Virus record (IMG/VR): IMGVR_UViG_3300045911_000130
Location: 39,464-103,463 of that record
DNA from: a virus
DNA: 64,000 nt
Direction: 5' to 3' (one strand)
In this document: positions 36,817-46,338 of the stretch, piece by piece
Layout of the letters: each line of letters starts with the position of its first letter
Numbering within the stretch: the stretch's first letter is position 1
Program-made: the position numbers and the translations under genes
Notes under the pieces: generated by a model
What the model saw: the letters and a program-made list of their open reading frames with translations, nothing else
Told to the model about the DNA's origin: nothing
The model's database searches: none

Positions 36817-38204
36817 AGATCCACAATCGCTTGGATTTCCTCAGGCGTCCAAACTCCGACTTTCTTTTGTCGAACGACTTGGAAATTCTGCATGAGGTAG
36901 GCCACGTCCTTGACGGTATCATTGAGGCCCCAGCGGAAGTCTGGATTCGCTGCGCTCATCATGATCGTTTTCGTATTGACGCCTGCCGCGACATGGGCGC
37001 AAAGCGTGTCCACGGTGATGATGCAATCCATTTGATGAGCAATCGACGATAGGCATACCAGATCCGGGATATCCGGCGTTTCGAGCCCGGCGGCCACAAT
37101 TGCCGGATCGGCGGGGCGATTGTCCATCAGGAACACGCGACACCCTTTGGCCTTCAATGCCTGCACAAGAGCCAAAGCTTGAGGCGGGGTCAAGGAACGA
37201 AAGCGGTCGTTCAAGTGACTCGGATTGCCGTTGAAGCAGACGCCGACGTAAAGTTCCGGCCTGTCAAGTTTGTGGTGTAAATCAGGCCAGAAGTTCAAAT
37301 TCAATTCGTCCAGGAAATTCACTTCACTAACGCCTTGCGGTACAGCGTAGAAGACCGGCATTTTGTTCTTCAGCCGGAACTTGAAGAGACTCATGAGCGG
37401 CAGGTGGAAGGTGTGCGGATCAATTTGCTCGCCCGGCGTGGCTATCTTCAGAAACGCATTGTCTTTCCTGACGACGTTCTGCACGCGGAAGAGCGCCGCC
37501 AAGCGCGGATCAGTGACGAGAGTGACCTGCTTGATTTGTGGGTACTTGCTCCAGAAGGACTCGTCACGCAGGAAAGAAAACATCCAAACGCCGTCACCCA
37601 AACCCTGCTCATGATAGAGCACCAGATGCTCGGTCGCCTCACCCTGCCAAAGCTTCGTGCCGTTGCGCGGCAAAGCGCAATCATGGAGCATCCGGCATTC
37701 GTAGTTCTCCAGGCCGATATGCACTTGCCGGACGGTCAATTGAGCGAGAGCAAGCCACGTCCGGGTCCGAATGTTCATCGGCTCTTCTTCGACGGCAACC
37801 GTGTAACAGGAAATTGCTTGCTTGTATTTGCCGCGTATTTGGTTCAGGTATGCAAGATTGAGCAAAGGCGCGGTAAAAGGCTTCATCGTCTGCCGAAGAC
37901 CTTCCTGGCGCGATTGGGCGATGTAACGCTCGGCGGCTGGGAAGTGCTGAAGCTCGGTTTCGATGACCGCCATCCGGTTCAAGGAAATGTAGTCCTTGGG
38001 GTTCATCTTCAGGCTGGCAAGCTGCAATTTCTTGGCCTTCTGGTACTGCTTCAAGGCGATGCAGCATTCGGCCATCAAACCAAGGTCGTTGGCTTGTAAG
38101 TCCTTCTTCGGGATGGCCGAAAAGAGTTCGTAGGCAGACGCGGGATCGGGCAGGCGCAAAGCCGCCACGCCGCCGGTACGGAGAGCATTAGCCGAAATGG
38201 GCAC
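36807..38204 (-). CDS. TPR-containing GT9-like glycosyltransferase
   Basis: N-terminal TPRs, 'YECR...WQGE...EQGLGD', 'IITVDT..AHVAAG', 'DFRWG'. Confidence 0.85.
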   Translation of the reverse strand: MPISANALRTGGVAALRLPDPASAYELFSAIPKKDLQANDLGLMAECCIALKQYQKAKKLQLASLKMNPKDYISLNRMAVIETELQHFPAAERYIAQSRQEGLRQTMKPFTAPLLNLAYLNQIRGKYKQAISCYTVAVEEEPMNIRTRTWLALAQLTVRQVHIGLENYECRMLHDCALPRNGTKLWQGEATEHLVLYHEQGLGDGVWMFSFLRDESFWSKYPQIKQVTLVTDPRLAALFRVQNVVRKDNAFLKIATPGEQIDPHTFHLPLMSLFKFRLKNKMPVFYAVPQGVSEVNFLDELNLNFWPDLHHKLDRPELYVGVCFNGNPSHLNDRFRSLTPPQALALVQALKAKGCRVFLMDNRPADPAIVAAGLETPDIPDLVCLSSIAHQMDCIITVDTLCAHVAAGVNTKTIMMSAANPDFRWGLNDTVKDVAYLMQNFQVVRQKKVGVWTPEEIQAIVDLCV

Positions 38205-38848
38205 TAGAGAAGGTTTTCCTTGAAAATTTGATAGGGGAAGGCCGGGCCAACGTCAAACTTGTCGGATCGGAAATTGTGATGAGCGGCAATGCCAGTGAAC
38301 GTGTTGCGCCAACCTTGGTTAAGAGGCTCAAGCGACTCCCAAACCTCGTTCACAATTCCAAAACGATTCATCAGGTACTTGCATAACTTAGCAGTTGCAA
38401 CCACTTGCTCTTTTGAGAATTGATGCCAGTACCGATAACCTCGATATGGACTTGGTTGATGCAAAGAATCGAAAACTTCGTCGGGTTGAATCTTCACGCG
38501 GCTGTAGTTTTCGGGCCAAGCAAAATGAAAGCCGCCCGGTTGTGGTTCCGAAAGCGGCCCCCAATTGACAAGCTCGATGCCAATGCTGCGATAGTCGTTG
38601 GCTTGAGTATCTTTGAGCCCAAGGTGAAAAGCGCTGTACTTGGGATCAAAGACCTCAAACACAATCCCGCCACGATCAACGATGTATGCCGTTGCTATTC
38701 GTTCCGGCGTTGCCTGCCACCAATCAAAAGCGCCCTTGACGGAGCCTCCGGCGGTGCTGTGCAACACAATCAAGTCTTTCCGATCAGCTTCTTTCTGGAT
38801 AAACTGGTTCGGGGATAGACGCAAAGAGCGGTCGATTTGCAACGGCAT
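38204..38848 (-). CDS. Endolysin, N-acetylmuramoyl-L-alanine amidase (Amidase_2)
   Basis: 'IVLHSTAG', 'AFHLG', 'SIGIELVN', 'AHH...KFDVGPAF'. Confidence 0.9.
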   Translation of the reverse strand: MPLQIDRSLRLSPNQFIQKEADRKDLIVLHSTAGGSVKGAFDWWQATPERIATAYIVDRGGIVFEVFDPKYSAFHLGLKDTQANDYRSIGIELVNWGPLSEPQPGGFHFAWPENYSRVKIQPDEVFDSLHQPSPYRGYRYWHQFSKEQVVATAKLCKYLMNRFGIVNEVWESLEPLNQGWRNTFTGIAAHHNFRSDKFDVGPAFPYQIFKENLL

Positions 38849-38874
38849 AAAATCTCCTTCGACGATTCTACAGC

Positions 38875-39435
38875 TTACTGCTGCGGAGTGGTATCGAGAG
38901 CGGTCCCGGAAACCAGGCCGTCAAACTCGCGCGTGAACGCATCGTCTTGGGGTGGAGCCACAATTCCGTCAATCGGTTCGGGAGCCTGGGCGGCGGGGGG
39001 AGCCTCAGCAACCGGAGTCGCAGCGCTTTTGGCGGCGCGGGGCTTCCGGGCGGGTGCTTCCTTACCGGCCTTGGCATCCTTGCGATACTTGGCCCAACGA
39101 CGCTTCTGAGCTTCCGCAATGCGTTCTCGCGCTTCATCGCTGATATTGCGAGTGCGCTTGCCGGTCGCGGGGGCGGCAGGCTTGGCAGCTTTGGCCGCCT
39201 TGGCTTCCTTGGTTGACTTTTCCTTGGACTCAACAGCCCGGATGGGCTTCGATTCGCGTTGTGCCGATTGAACCGGGCCGCCATAACTAGGGTCGATGGC
39301 AGCAAAGCCGAACGCGCCAAGCGTAACGTCAATTCCAACCTTGATCGAGTCCAGCGTGTGACTGACGGCGATAAATCCGTATGTCATGCAAAGCGCCTCG
39401 ACGGATTGGCGGAGGCGCGTTTCGTTCGTTTCCAT
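38875..39435 (-). CDS. Histone-like / nucleoid-associated basic protein
   Basis: Lys/Ala/Pro-rich, motif 'KRTRNISDEARERIAEAQKRRWAKYRK'. Confidence 0.65.
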   Translation of the reverse strand: METNETRLRQSVEALCMTYGFIAVSHTLDSIKVGIDVTLGAFGFAAIDPSYGGPVQSAQRESKPIRAVESKEKSTKEAKAAKAAKPAAPATGKRTRNISDEARERIAEAQKRRWAKYRKDAKAGKEAPARKPRAAKSAATPVAEAPPAAQAPEPIDGIVAPPQDDAFTREFDGLVSGTALDTTPQQ

Positions 39436-39455
39436 AATAGTTCCTATCTTTGGGA

Positions 39456-39863
39456 TCATTCCCAATTTGGCACTATCATAGCCCAAGTATCTGCAAGATG
39501 TCCATAGACCTTTTTATCTATGACCTTAATTTCGATATCAGGATAGTACTTTGCCATGCGTTTTAGAGCCGTCTTGCTCTTAGGGTCCATGTATCCCTTC
39601 ACTTCGATGTGATAGAATTTTCCGCCTTCTTTTTCCCAGACGGTGAAGTCGGGCTTGTAAAATCGGGTGCCTCGTTTCACCGGGAACTGATACTCGCGCT
39701 CTTCGTAGGCAAACGCAAATACCTCTTGTAAGGTCTTTCTCCACAACAACATGCGATAAATATTGGCTTCCCAAGCGCTGCGCACATAGATGTCAATATC
39801 GGGGCGCTTACCGGAATCGGCGGCCTTCGGGGGCAGGAATGACTTTCGCTTGTTATCCGCCAT
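39456..39863 (-). CDS. PD-(D/E)XK endonuclease (T7 endo I / DUF1064-like resolvase)
   Basis: 'RSAWE...YE...YKPDF...IEVKG'. Confidence 0.75.
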   Translation of the reverse strand: MADNKRKSFLPPKAADSGKRPDIDIYVRSAWEANIYRMLLWRKTLQEVFAFAYEEREYQFPVKRGTRFYKPDFTVWEKEGGKFYHIEVKGYMDPKSKTALKRMAKYYPDIEIKVIDKKVYGHLADTWAMIVPNWE

Positions 39864-40254
39864 GTTCCCTAGCATGGCATTCGTTGCAGAGGGTTTCAAG
39901 ATTGCTGACTCGATCATCGCGCCAACCGCCACCCATGCCTCGATGCACTTTATGATGACATTGGAGATTCGACCGGCTGGAGCAATTCACGCATTGGTAG
40001 CGGTCGCGCTGCATCGCCAGTTGCCGATTGCGGTCATACACCCAATCGACAATTTCTTTCTTGGGCTTGCGCGTGGATGCGGGAAACACTTGCAAGGGTG
40101 TTTCCCCTTCTACTACCAAGAAATTGCCGGACTTGTCAGTGTAGACCTTGCAGCCGTTGATGCGCTCAACGGCGTCCGAAAATGGGGCGAGTGCCAACCG
40201 GGCCTTCCTTTCCAACGGGTCGGGGAAAACTGTACCGAATGGATCGAACGACAT
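39853..40254 (-). CDS. HNH endonuclease-domain protein
   Basis: 'RDRYQCVNC...CHHKVHRGMGG...NLETLCNECHAREH'. Confidence 0.85.
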   Translation of the reverse strand: MSFDPFGTVFPDPLERKARLALAPFSDAVERINGCKVYTDKSGNFLVVEGETPLQVFPASTRKPKKEIVDWVYDRNRQLAMQRDRYQCVNCSSRSNLQCHHKVHRGMGGGWRDDRVSNLETLCNECHAREHGG

Positions 40255-40322
40255 CTACTTCAAGATGCCGCAATAATTATGGTTTTATGCTGTTTCTATG
40301 AAAAACAGTAATACCAGTACGG

Positions 40323-41189
40323 CTAATCCCGCATGAAGGCTTCCATGTCAATTGGAGGAATATCGGAAGCTCCGGTCGGATTTTTGCGCTGTTCTACGAT
40401 CTGACGCACCCATTCTCCCTCACATTCGTCAATCATGCGCTTGAGGATATATCCCGGTATCTCCGTTTCGCAATATACCTGGATATCGGGGTCCTCTATG
40501 AAGCGCTTCCACATCCCAGCGATTTCCGGCGTGGTGCGGATAATCAAAACGGGGTCGCCCTTCTCGGTGGTGCCATCATCGACGCGGAAAACCTCGCGGA
40601 ATTGGGCGCGGAATTCCTCTTCGGGCATTGACCGGCTGTTCTCGATAAGCTCTTTGGCCGCCGGGTTCTCTTCGTTTCCGAACACTTTGCTCATGACGTA
40701 GACGTTCGCGGTGCCGATCCGGCCAACGTCGGCAGGCGTCAAGCTGGGGAAGTTATTGACCATTTGCATGGCGCGATAGGCGGTTGCCCGGCTCATCCCC
40801 AAGGATTCCTGAATGCCTTTGTCGATAAATTCTCGAAAGGATTCGTAGCCCATCTCCTTGAAGACGATGGGGTTATTTTGAATCCATAGGAAAATTCGTC
40901 CCAAGATGGGGTAAAGCTTGCCTTGGGCGCGGGTGAGGCCGTTCATTGCTCCTGACAGAATCTCGATCTGCCGCCAAACTCCATTCGGCGTTCTGTAGAT
41001 CGCATCCATGTCGATCTGGATGTCCATGTCGCGGGCGAGCGCGGCGCGAAGCACTTGGCGCACGCCATCATTGAGGCTGTCCAGGGTGAGCGTCGATTCC
41101 ATGTCGAAGATTTGGACCGGCGGCGGCGCGGCGGGAATCTCAGGCAATTCGGGGGCGTATTGCGGTTCTGGTGGGTATTCTGGGGACAT
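40323..41189 (-). CDS. Hypothetical protein with HTH-like segment
   Basis: 'GYESFREFI...LGMSRATAYRAM'; SD AGGAG. Confidence 0.6.
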   Translation of the reverse strand: MSPEYPPEPQYAPELPEIPAAPPPVQIFDMESTLTLDSLNDGVRQVLRAALARDMDIQIDMDAIYRTPNGVWRQIEILSGAMNGLTRAQGKLYPILGRIFLWIQNNPIVFKEMGYESFREFIDKGIQESLGMSRATAYRAMQMVNNFPSLTPADVGRIGTANVYVMSKVFGNEENPAAKELIENSRSMPEEEFRAQFREVFRVDDGTTEKGDPVLIIRTTPEIAGMWKRFIEDPDIQVYCETEIPGYILKRMIDECEGEWVRQIVEQRKNPTGASDIPPIDMEAFMRD

Positions 41190-41198
41190 AGTAGGCTC

Positions 41199-42761
41199 CT
41201 AAACGATATCTGCCATCTCTGGCGGTTCATTCTCTCTGGTTGCGCTCGGGTCGCGGCGGACGGCATCAAGGTCGCTGAGCGGGCGCGGGATCAAAAGCGA
41301 GTCGCCGCCGCGTAGCGGGTCCTCGAAGCGGGCGAAGTTGCGATTCCAGCGGATTGTTTCCATGCCTGGGGCACCGTCGCGATTCTTCTCGACCAGGAAT
41401 TCCGCCACGCCTTTCACGTCATCCGGCGTCATCTCTGAGCCTTTCCAGTAATACTCGGGGCGGTGGATCATGATGATGCTGTCGGCGTCCTGTTCGAGCG
41501 ATCCTGACTCGCGTAAGTCGGATTGGACGGGGCGCTTAATTTTCTTCGGGTCTTCGTCTTGGGGGCGTCTCAATTGAGACAAGGCAAGTACACAGCATTT
41601 GCGGTCGATGCTCAAGCGCTTGAGGCCGCCGGATATCTCCGTCAATTCAGATAGGCGGTTATTGCGGTGGTCCTTGTCGGCTTTCATCAATTGCATGTGG
41701 TCGATTACGACAAGTCCTATTTGTCCCATGCGTTGCTCAAGCACGTCCATGTAGCGGCTGATCTGGTTGACCGTCTCGACTTTCTTCAGGCGTCCGTCGC
41801 AGATTTCCAGGTAGCCAACGGTGGGACGTAAAAACCCGTTGATGTATTCTTCCAGGAAAGAATCATAGTCTGAAAGATCGGGCTGCGCAAGTTGGGATAG
41901 CCGGATCTCGACCGACTGAGAGATATGGCGGCGCATTAGTTGGCGCTCGGGCATTTCCAGGGTTACAAGCAACGTGGGAAGCTTCCGGCTGGCCGCATAG
42001 AAGCATTGATCGACGACAAAGCTTGTCTTGCCCATGCCGGGCCGGGCTCCCACGATGATGAGTTGTTCCCGCATAAATGGGCAACGGCTTTGGATGGTTG
42101 GGAAGGGCGACGGTATCAGGTAGTTGGCCGGAATGGTAATTGTGCTCTTCAGGTTCTCAACGTCGCCAGTCAGCTTGTCGCTGTAGATTTCATCGCTGCG
42201 AACCAACAGGGAAGTCGCCTTCTCGTAATCCTTGGCCGCTCCCATGATGATGCCAAGGGTGTCCAGCATGTTGGGCGCTTCGGCGTTCTTGTAGAACGTA
42301 ACTTCGTTGACGATCTTGGCCGTGGCTTCACGCATGGCGGCCTTGCGGCGCAATTCATACATGATGCTGATAACATCGACCGTTTCGTCTGCGCTGAAAC
42401 TCAGGATTTCGCGAACGTTGTCCGGGCCGCCTGCGGCGTCGATGAGGTTGCGTTCGGAGAGGAAGTTCGCGACAAGAAACCAGTTGACCATTGAAGGCGA
42501 ATAGCCTTCCTTCTGGATCATGGCGCTCACAGCGGAATAGATCACGCGGTATTGTGGCACTGTGAAGTCGCCGGGCTCCAGAAAATCCAGTAGCTTGGAT
42601 TTCTCGAAGTCCGCACGGCCAAGCCATGACATGACCTGCCGTTCTCCAAGCTCGTCGAAGAGTTGCTGGCGAAGGTCGGCAAGGCGCTCGTCGCTAGTGC
42701 CTACCAGGGCACGCATTGCCGCGTTGAGGTCGCTGCGCTGGCCGGATGCGCGTTTCTTCAT
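41199..42761 (-). CDS. dnaB: Replicative DNA helicase, DnaB family
   Basis: 'GARPGMGKT', 'LEM', 'VIDHMQLM', 'ALSQLRR', 'SDLRESGSLEQDAD', 'KNRDG'. Confidence 0.95.
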   Translation of the reverse strand: MKKRASGQRSDLNAAMRALVGTSDERLADLRQQLFDELGERQVMSWLGRADFEKSKLLDFLEPGDFTVPQYRVIYSAVSAMIQKEGYSPSMVNWFLVANFLSERNLIDAAGGPDNVREILSFSADETVDVISIMYELRRKAAMREATAKIVNEVTFYKNAEAPNMLDTLGIIMGAAKDYEKATSLLVRSDEIYSDKLTGDVENLKSTITIPANYLIPSPFPTIQSRCPFMREQLIIVGARPGMGKTSFVVDQCFYAASRKLPTLLVTLEMPERQLMRRHISQSVEIRLSQLAQPDLSDYDSFLEEYINGFLRPTVGYLEICDGRLKKVETVNQISRYMDVLEQRMGQIGLVVIDHMQLMKADKDHRNNRLSELTEISGGLKRLSIDRKCCVLALSQLRRPQDEDPKKIKRPVQSDLRESGSLEQDADSIIMIHRPEYYWKGSEMTPDDVKGVAEFLVEKNRDGAPGMETIRWNRNFARFEDPLRGGDSLLIPRPLSDLDAVRRDPSATRENEPPEMADIV

Positions 42762-43555
42762 AGTTGCTCCTTGGAGACAAGGATTTCAAACTCATCTGGA
42801 TCGGTCATAGTCCGTAGATCCTCTATCAAAGCATGAACCTTTCCAAGCTGGGCGAAGGCGCTTGAGAGATCGCGAGCGTCAAGGGCGGATTGGCGTAGGC
42901 GGCGAAGGCGCTCCCAAACCGGTTGCCACGGATGCGGCTTCCAGTTGTTTCGGGCCTCTTTCCACAATTCAGCAAACCGCTCCAGGGGGGTTCGCTCAAA
43001 TTGTTCCAGGGCCTCTTCGATAACAGGAAGCCGCATCGCAACACCCATCGCGGTATCTACCGCACGAGACCAGCGTTTCTCTTGCTCGGACGAACTAAAC
43101 GGCGGGCGCGTCTCAAGCTCGATTTTTGTACAGCAACGGTCCAATTTTATGAGACGGTTGCGCTGGGCAAGTAATGCAAGCTTCAGGCTGTCCCTCCACC
43201 ACAAGAAATGCAGGCGCTCTTTCAGGGCGCGTTCGCGGGCCGCCTTCATGCGCGGTGTCTCACGCTGAGTATCTAGGCGAACTCCGTAGCGTTCCGCCAG
43301 TGCCTTTATCGCTTCCTTGAATGGCAAGCCACCAATTTCTTGCTCGAACTTAATCACGTCGCCGGATGCACCGCACCCAAAGCACTTGAAGAAACCGCGA
43401 TCCTTATGGACAACGAAGCTAGGTGTCTTCTCATGGTGGAAGGGGCACAGCCCAAGATAGTCCTGTGTGCCGCCTTTGCGCTTCAGTTGCACCACGTCTC
43501 CGATAACCTGCACGATATCGACGGATCGCTTGATGAGGTCGGCGTGGTCGGTCAT
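42758..43555 (-). CDS. CHC2 zinc-finger protein (primase N-terminal domain, no TOPRIM)
   Basis: 'GLCPFHHEKTPSF...FKCFGCGASGDVI'; remainder helical. Confidence 0.85.
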   Translation of the reverse strand: MTDHADLIKRSVDIVQVIGDVVQLKRKGGTQDYLGLCPFHHEKTPSFVVHKDRGFFKCFGCGASGDVIKFEQEIGGLPFKEAIKALAERYGVRLDTQRETPRMKAARERALKERLHFLWWRDSLKLALLAQRNRLIKLDRCCTKIELETRPPFSSSEQEKRWSRAVDTAMGVAMRLPVIEEALEQFERTPLERFAELWKEARNNWKPHPWQPVWERLRRLRQSALDARDLSSAFAQLGKVHALIEDLRTMTDPDEFEILVSKEQL

Positions 43556-45267
43556 ACGAATAGGCTTCCGAACTCGCCGAACTTGCCTGCCTTCAGGTCG
43601 CGCTCAACAGGTTCCCATTTGTCGCTCCACAGCTTACCGGATACGCGGGGGTCGGTTTCGCCGTTCATGTAGCTCCAGTAGCGCTCGCGCAAGAATTCCG
43701 CTGAGCATCCAAGATAGGTGAGAGTTTGGGAAGCTCGCTCGGCGCTCAATTCTGGCTGCTGCGAAAACGACTTCAGAACTTCCATCTCGATTGCCAGCCA
43801 AGCATCCAGGTTGCCCATCCGGGCGGCGGCGCGGCGGGAATCCCAGCGAAAGAACGTGTGAACCACGATGGCGCGGTGGATGGGCTTCATGGTGCTCCAA
43901 TCACGATCCTCGTACAGATAGGGCTTTTCTGGCTCGATATTCGGCGCGATCTGCTCTTCCTCTTCGGGAACGTCGTTGAGCCATGAGTTGTATTTGCCGT
44001 TGAGGATGTCGGCGTAACGGTCTTCCTTCAGTAGCCAATCCAGGCTCACATTGCCGCCAAACTTCGGATGCCGGGCAAGCCGGGCGCATTTGCCAAGGAT
44101 GTCGTCACGGTGCTCGCGGAAAACCGGGTTCGCGTCCAGGGCGGCGCAAGCTTGGCGCAATTTGGCGGTGGGCACGATGATCCGGGCGGAGTCCGGCATG
44201 ATGCGATTCCAGGCGTCTATGACGGCTTCGGGGCGGCTCCGGGGGATCTCCTGATCGACGATCACCTTGTCGAACACGATGGCCGGGCGCGGGTCCTCTG
44301 GGTCGGTCGAAGGAACGATCTTCAAGTCGAAGTCGATGGCCTTCTCGACGAAGGGCTCGCCTTTGACGGACGGGTCGTAATCAATGATCCACTTTTTGAA
44401 GTAGCCAAGTCCGTAGGGGCCGCCGGAGCGGGCCATCATGGCATCGCCAAACGCTTCCACGGCTGCGACTGCCTCATCCTCCCCGTACTTGTCCAGGATC
44501 TCTTGGATGTCGGCCAAAACTGGCTTGCTGGTGCCAAGCTTCTGAAGGTTAGAGCGGCGCGGCTGCGCGTTCCATCGGGAACGAAATAGGCGGTCTGGAC
44601 TCATATCGTTTGATTCTCCGTGTGATTCATGTGGGGCGGGGGGCGCGGCGCAATTGGGGGGCGGGGTTTCCGGTTGTCTGGGACTGTCAGAAAAAGCACA
44701 ATCACCAAACATTTCGGCCTTCGAGGGGTGGATTTCAAGGGGGAGAGGCGAAGGGCCTTCTTGCCTTCCTTCTCTACTTCTCTTTATTACCGTCGTCGAT
44801 CTAAGGCGACGTAAATGGGCCATCTGAGGCGACGGATAACGCGCCAAACAACGGCGAACGCGCTCGATTACGGCGTCCAAGTCTCCGTCTACCCAGCGCT
44901 CGTTTGGGGTGCCGTGTCCCTTGGAAACGCGATGCACCAAGCCCCAAAGCTCCATTTTCTCGCCGATGCGCTGGAACTGCCGGAGACTCACAGCCGGGCG
45001 CTTGCAGGTAGGCGATACTTCAAGCACTTTCTTTGGGAATGCCTTGAGAAGCGTATCAACGCGGGCCATGCACGTCCCTTGGCGGAAAGAGTACTCCAGG
45101 ATCAGCAATAGATATGCCTTCTCTTTCGGCTTGAGTAATGGCAGCTTGCAGATAGCATTGATGCGTTCCCGGCGGGGGACTGCTGATAGTGTATGTTGCG
45201 GGAGTAGGGTAGCGGAGGGAAAAAGTGCTACAGGAAATGACGACTCAGTAACGGTACTCGATAACAC
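43552..45267 (-). CDS. Putative replication initiator protein
   Basis: N-terminal wHTH-like region; 'VIDAWN...SLDWLLK...ILNGKY' seen in phage initiator C-termini; directly upstream of primase ZBD and dnaB. Confidence 0.6.
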   Translation of the reverse strand: MLSSTVTESSFPVALFPSATLLPQHTLSAVPRRERINAICKLPLLKPKEKAYLLLILEYSFRQGTCMARVDTLLKAFPKKVLEVSPTCKRPAVSLRQFQRIGEKMELWGLVHRVSKGHGTPNERWVDGDLDAVIERVRRCLARYPSPQMAHLRRLRSTTVIKRSREGRQEGPSPLPLEIHPSKAEMFGDCAFSDSPRQPETPPPNCAAPPAPHESHGESNDMSPDRLFRSRWNAQPRRSNLQKLGTSKPVLADIQEILDKYGEDEAVAAVEAFGDAMMARSGGPYGLGYFKKWIIDYDPSVKGEPFVEKAIDFDLKIVPSTDPEDPRPAIVFDKVIVDQEIPRSRPEAVIDAWNRIMPDSARIIVPTAKLRQACAALDANPVFREHRDDILGKCARLARHPKFGGNVSLDWLLKEDRYADILNGKYNSWLNDVPEEEEQIAPNIEPEKPYLYEDRDWSTMKPIHRAIVVHTFFRWDSRRAAARMGNLDAWLAIEMEVLKSFSQQPELSAERASQTLTYLGCSAEFLRERYWSYMNGETDPRVSGKLWSDKWEPVERDLKAGKFGEFGSLFV

Positions 45268-45529
45268 TAAAAAAACTCGTCTTTCTTGAACGCGAGTCGA
45301 TCTTGTGTTATTCTTGACTCACGTTCTGCTATCGGTCTATCCCGTTGGAAGCGGGTGGGCCAAAACTTCAGCCCGTATGACCGTGAGAACATCATAGTCA
45401 TACGGGCTAAAATTTTGCAAGAGTGAAAATCTTGCGCAATTCGACCGCATAGCCACAACATCTTGGGGTTTTGTTGAAGAAAAGCCGGAAAATCTAGACT
45501 CATGGGCTATTCCGGTGTAGCATTGGGGC

Positions 45530-45949
45530 ATGAACGCTCAACAGCAACCCAAGTTCGATCCCCGCGATGGCACGGTCTATCGCTTCAATCAGACGATTCA
45601 GGACTACGAGGCCGCTCCGTACCGCTACCTGGACACTGACTATCTCATGTGGCCGAAGCATGTTCATCCGCTCAGCTTCCCCGCGTTTAAGGCTCGCATC
45701 ACTGCCTTCCTTGAACGCTACAAGCAGCAAAGCGGCCTGCCCTTTCAGTACCGCTTCGCTGAGACCGGCCAGGGCGCGAATGATCGCGGCGTGGTCATCC
45801 TGATTTCGTTGGGGTCGTCCCAGCCGCGCGAACTGCATTGCGGCTACTTGGCGAACCTCTACAACACGGAGACGGCGACGGAAGGGCCGACCGGCGGCGT
45901 GTATTCGGCGGTTGACCAAGCCGTCAAAGGTGTGCAACAATCGTTTTAA
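45530..45949 (+). CDS. Hypothetical protein, leaderless
   Basis: TAGACT-N17-TAGCAT ends 6 nt before the ATG. Confidence 0.65.
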   Translation: MNAQQQPKFDPRDGTVYRFNQTIQDYEAAPYRYLDTDYLMWPKHVHPLSFPAFKARITAFLERYKQQSGLPFQYRFAETGQGANDRGVVILISLGSSQPRELHCGYLANLYNTETATEGPTGGVYSAVDQAVKGVQQSF

Positions 45950-46022
45950 GCCACCGCGTCTCCCTCAGCAAGTGCGCGGAAGTCAACGATTAGGTATCAA
46001 GGACATTCTTCATGCGGCGGCG

Positions 46023-46059
46023 GTAAGGCCCCGGCGGTTAGAACCCGCTGGGGCCTTAC
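46023..46059. terminator. Stem-loop between convergent genes
   Basis: GTAAGGCCCCGGCGG...CCGCTGGGGCCTTAC. Confidence 0.55.
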
Positions 46060-46338
46060 TCATTTGGAGGGTGCTTTGATGGGGGCCAACACGTTGGGGA
46101 TGATCTCAGCGCCGATCATGTTGCGGGCTCGGAGGCGTTCGGCGACGTTGGCCGGAATCGAGACAAGGCACATCTGGCTTTCGTGCGCCTGCATGGCCTT
46201 CAGCCAAGTGACAATGCCGGTGCGAACAAGCTCGCTGCGACTGATACCGTATCGCATGGCGATTTCCTCGATAGCTGCATGAACGTCGTCTGTGAGATAG
46301 ACGGCAAACTGCTTACCTGCTGGAACGTTTTTTGGCAT
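46060..46338 (-). CDS. Ribbon-helix-helix (CopG-like) DNA-binding protein
   Basis: 'FAVYLTDDVHAAIEEIAMRYGISRSELVR'. Confidence 0.75.
   Translation of the reverse strand: MPKNVPAGKQFAVYLTDDVHAAIEEIAMRYGISRSELVRTGIVTWLKAMQAHESQMCLVSIPANVAERLRARNMIGAEIIPNVLAPIKAPSK

Noticed and set aside
44580-44830. Iteron-type origin inside the initiator gene
   Set aside because: Composition is unusual but no convincing direct repeats were found by eye
45500-45940. 146-aa minus-strand ORF
   Set aside because: Shadow of 45530-45949, which has a well-spaced leaderless promoter
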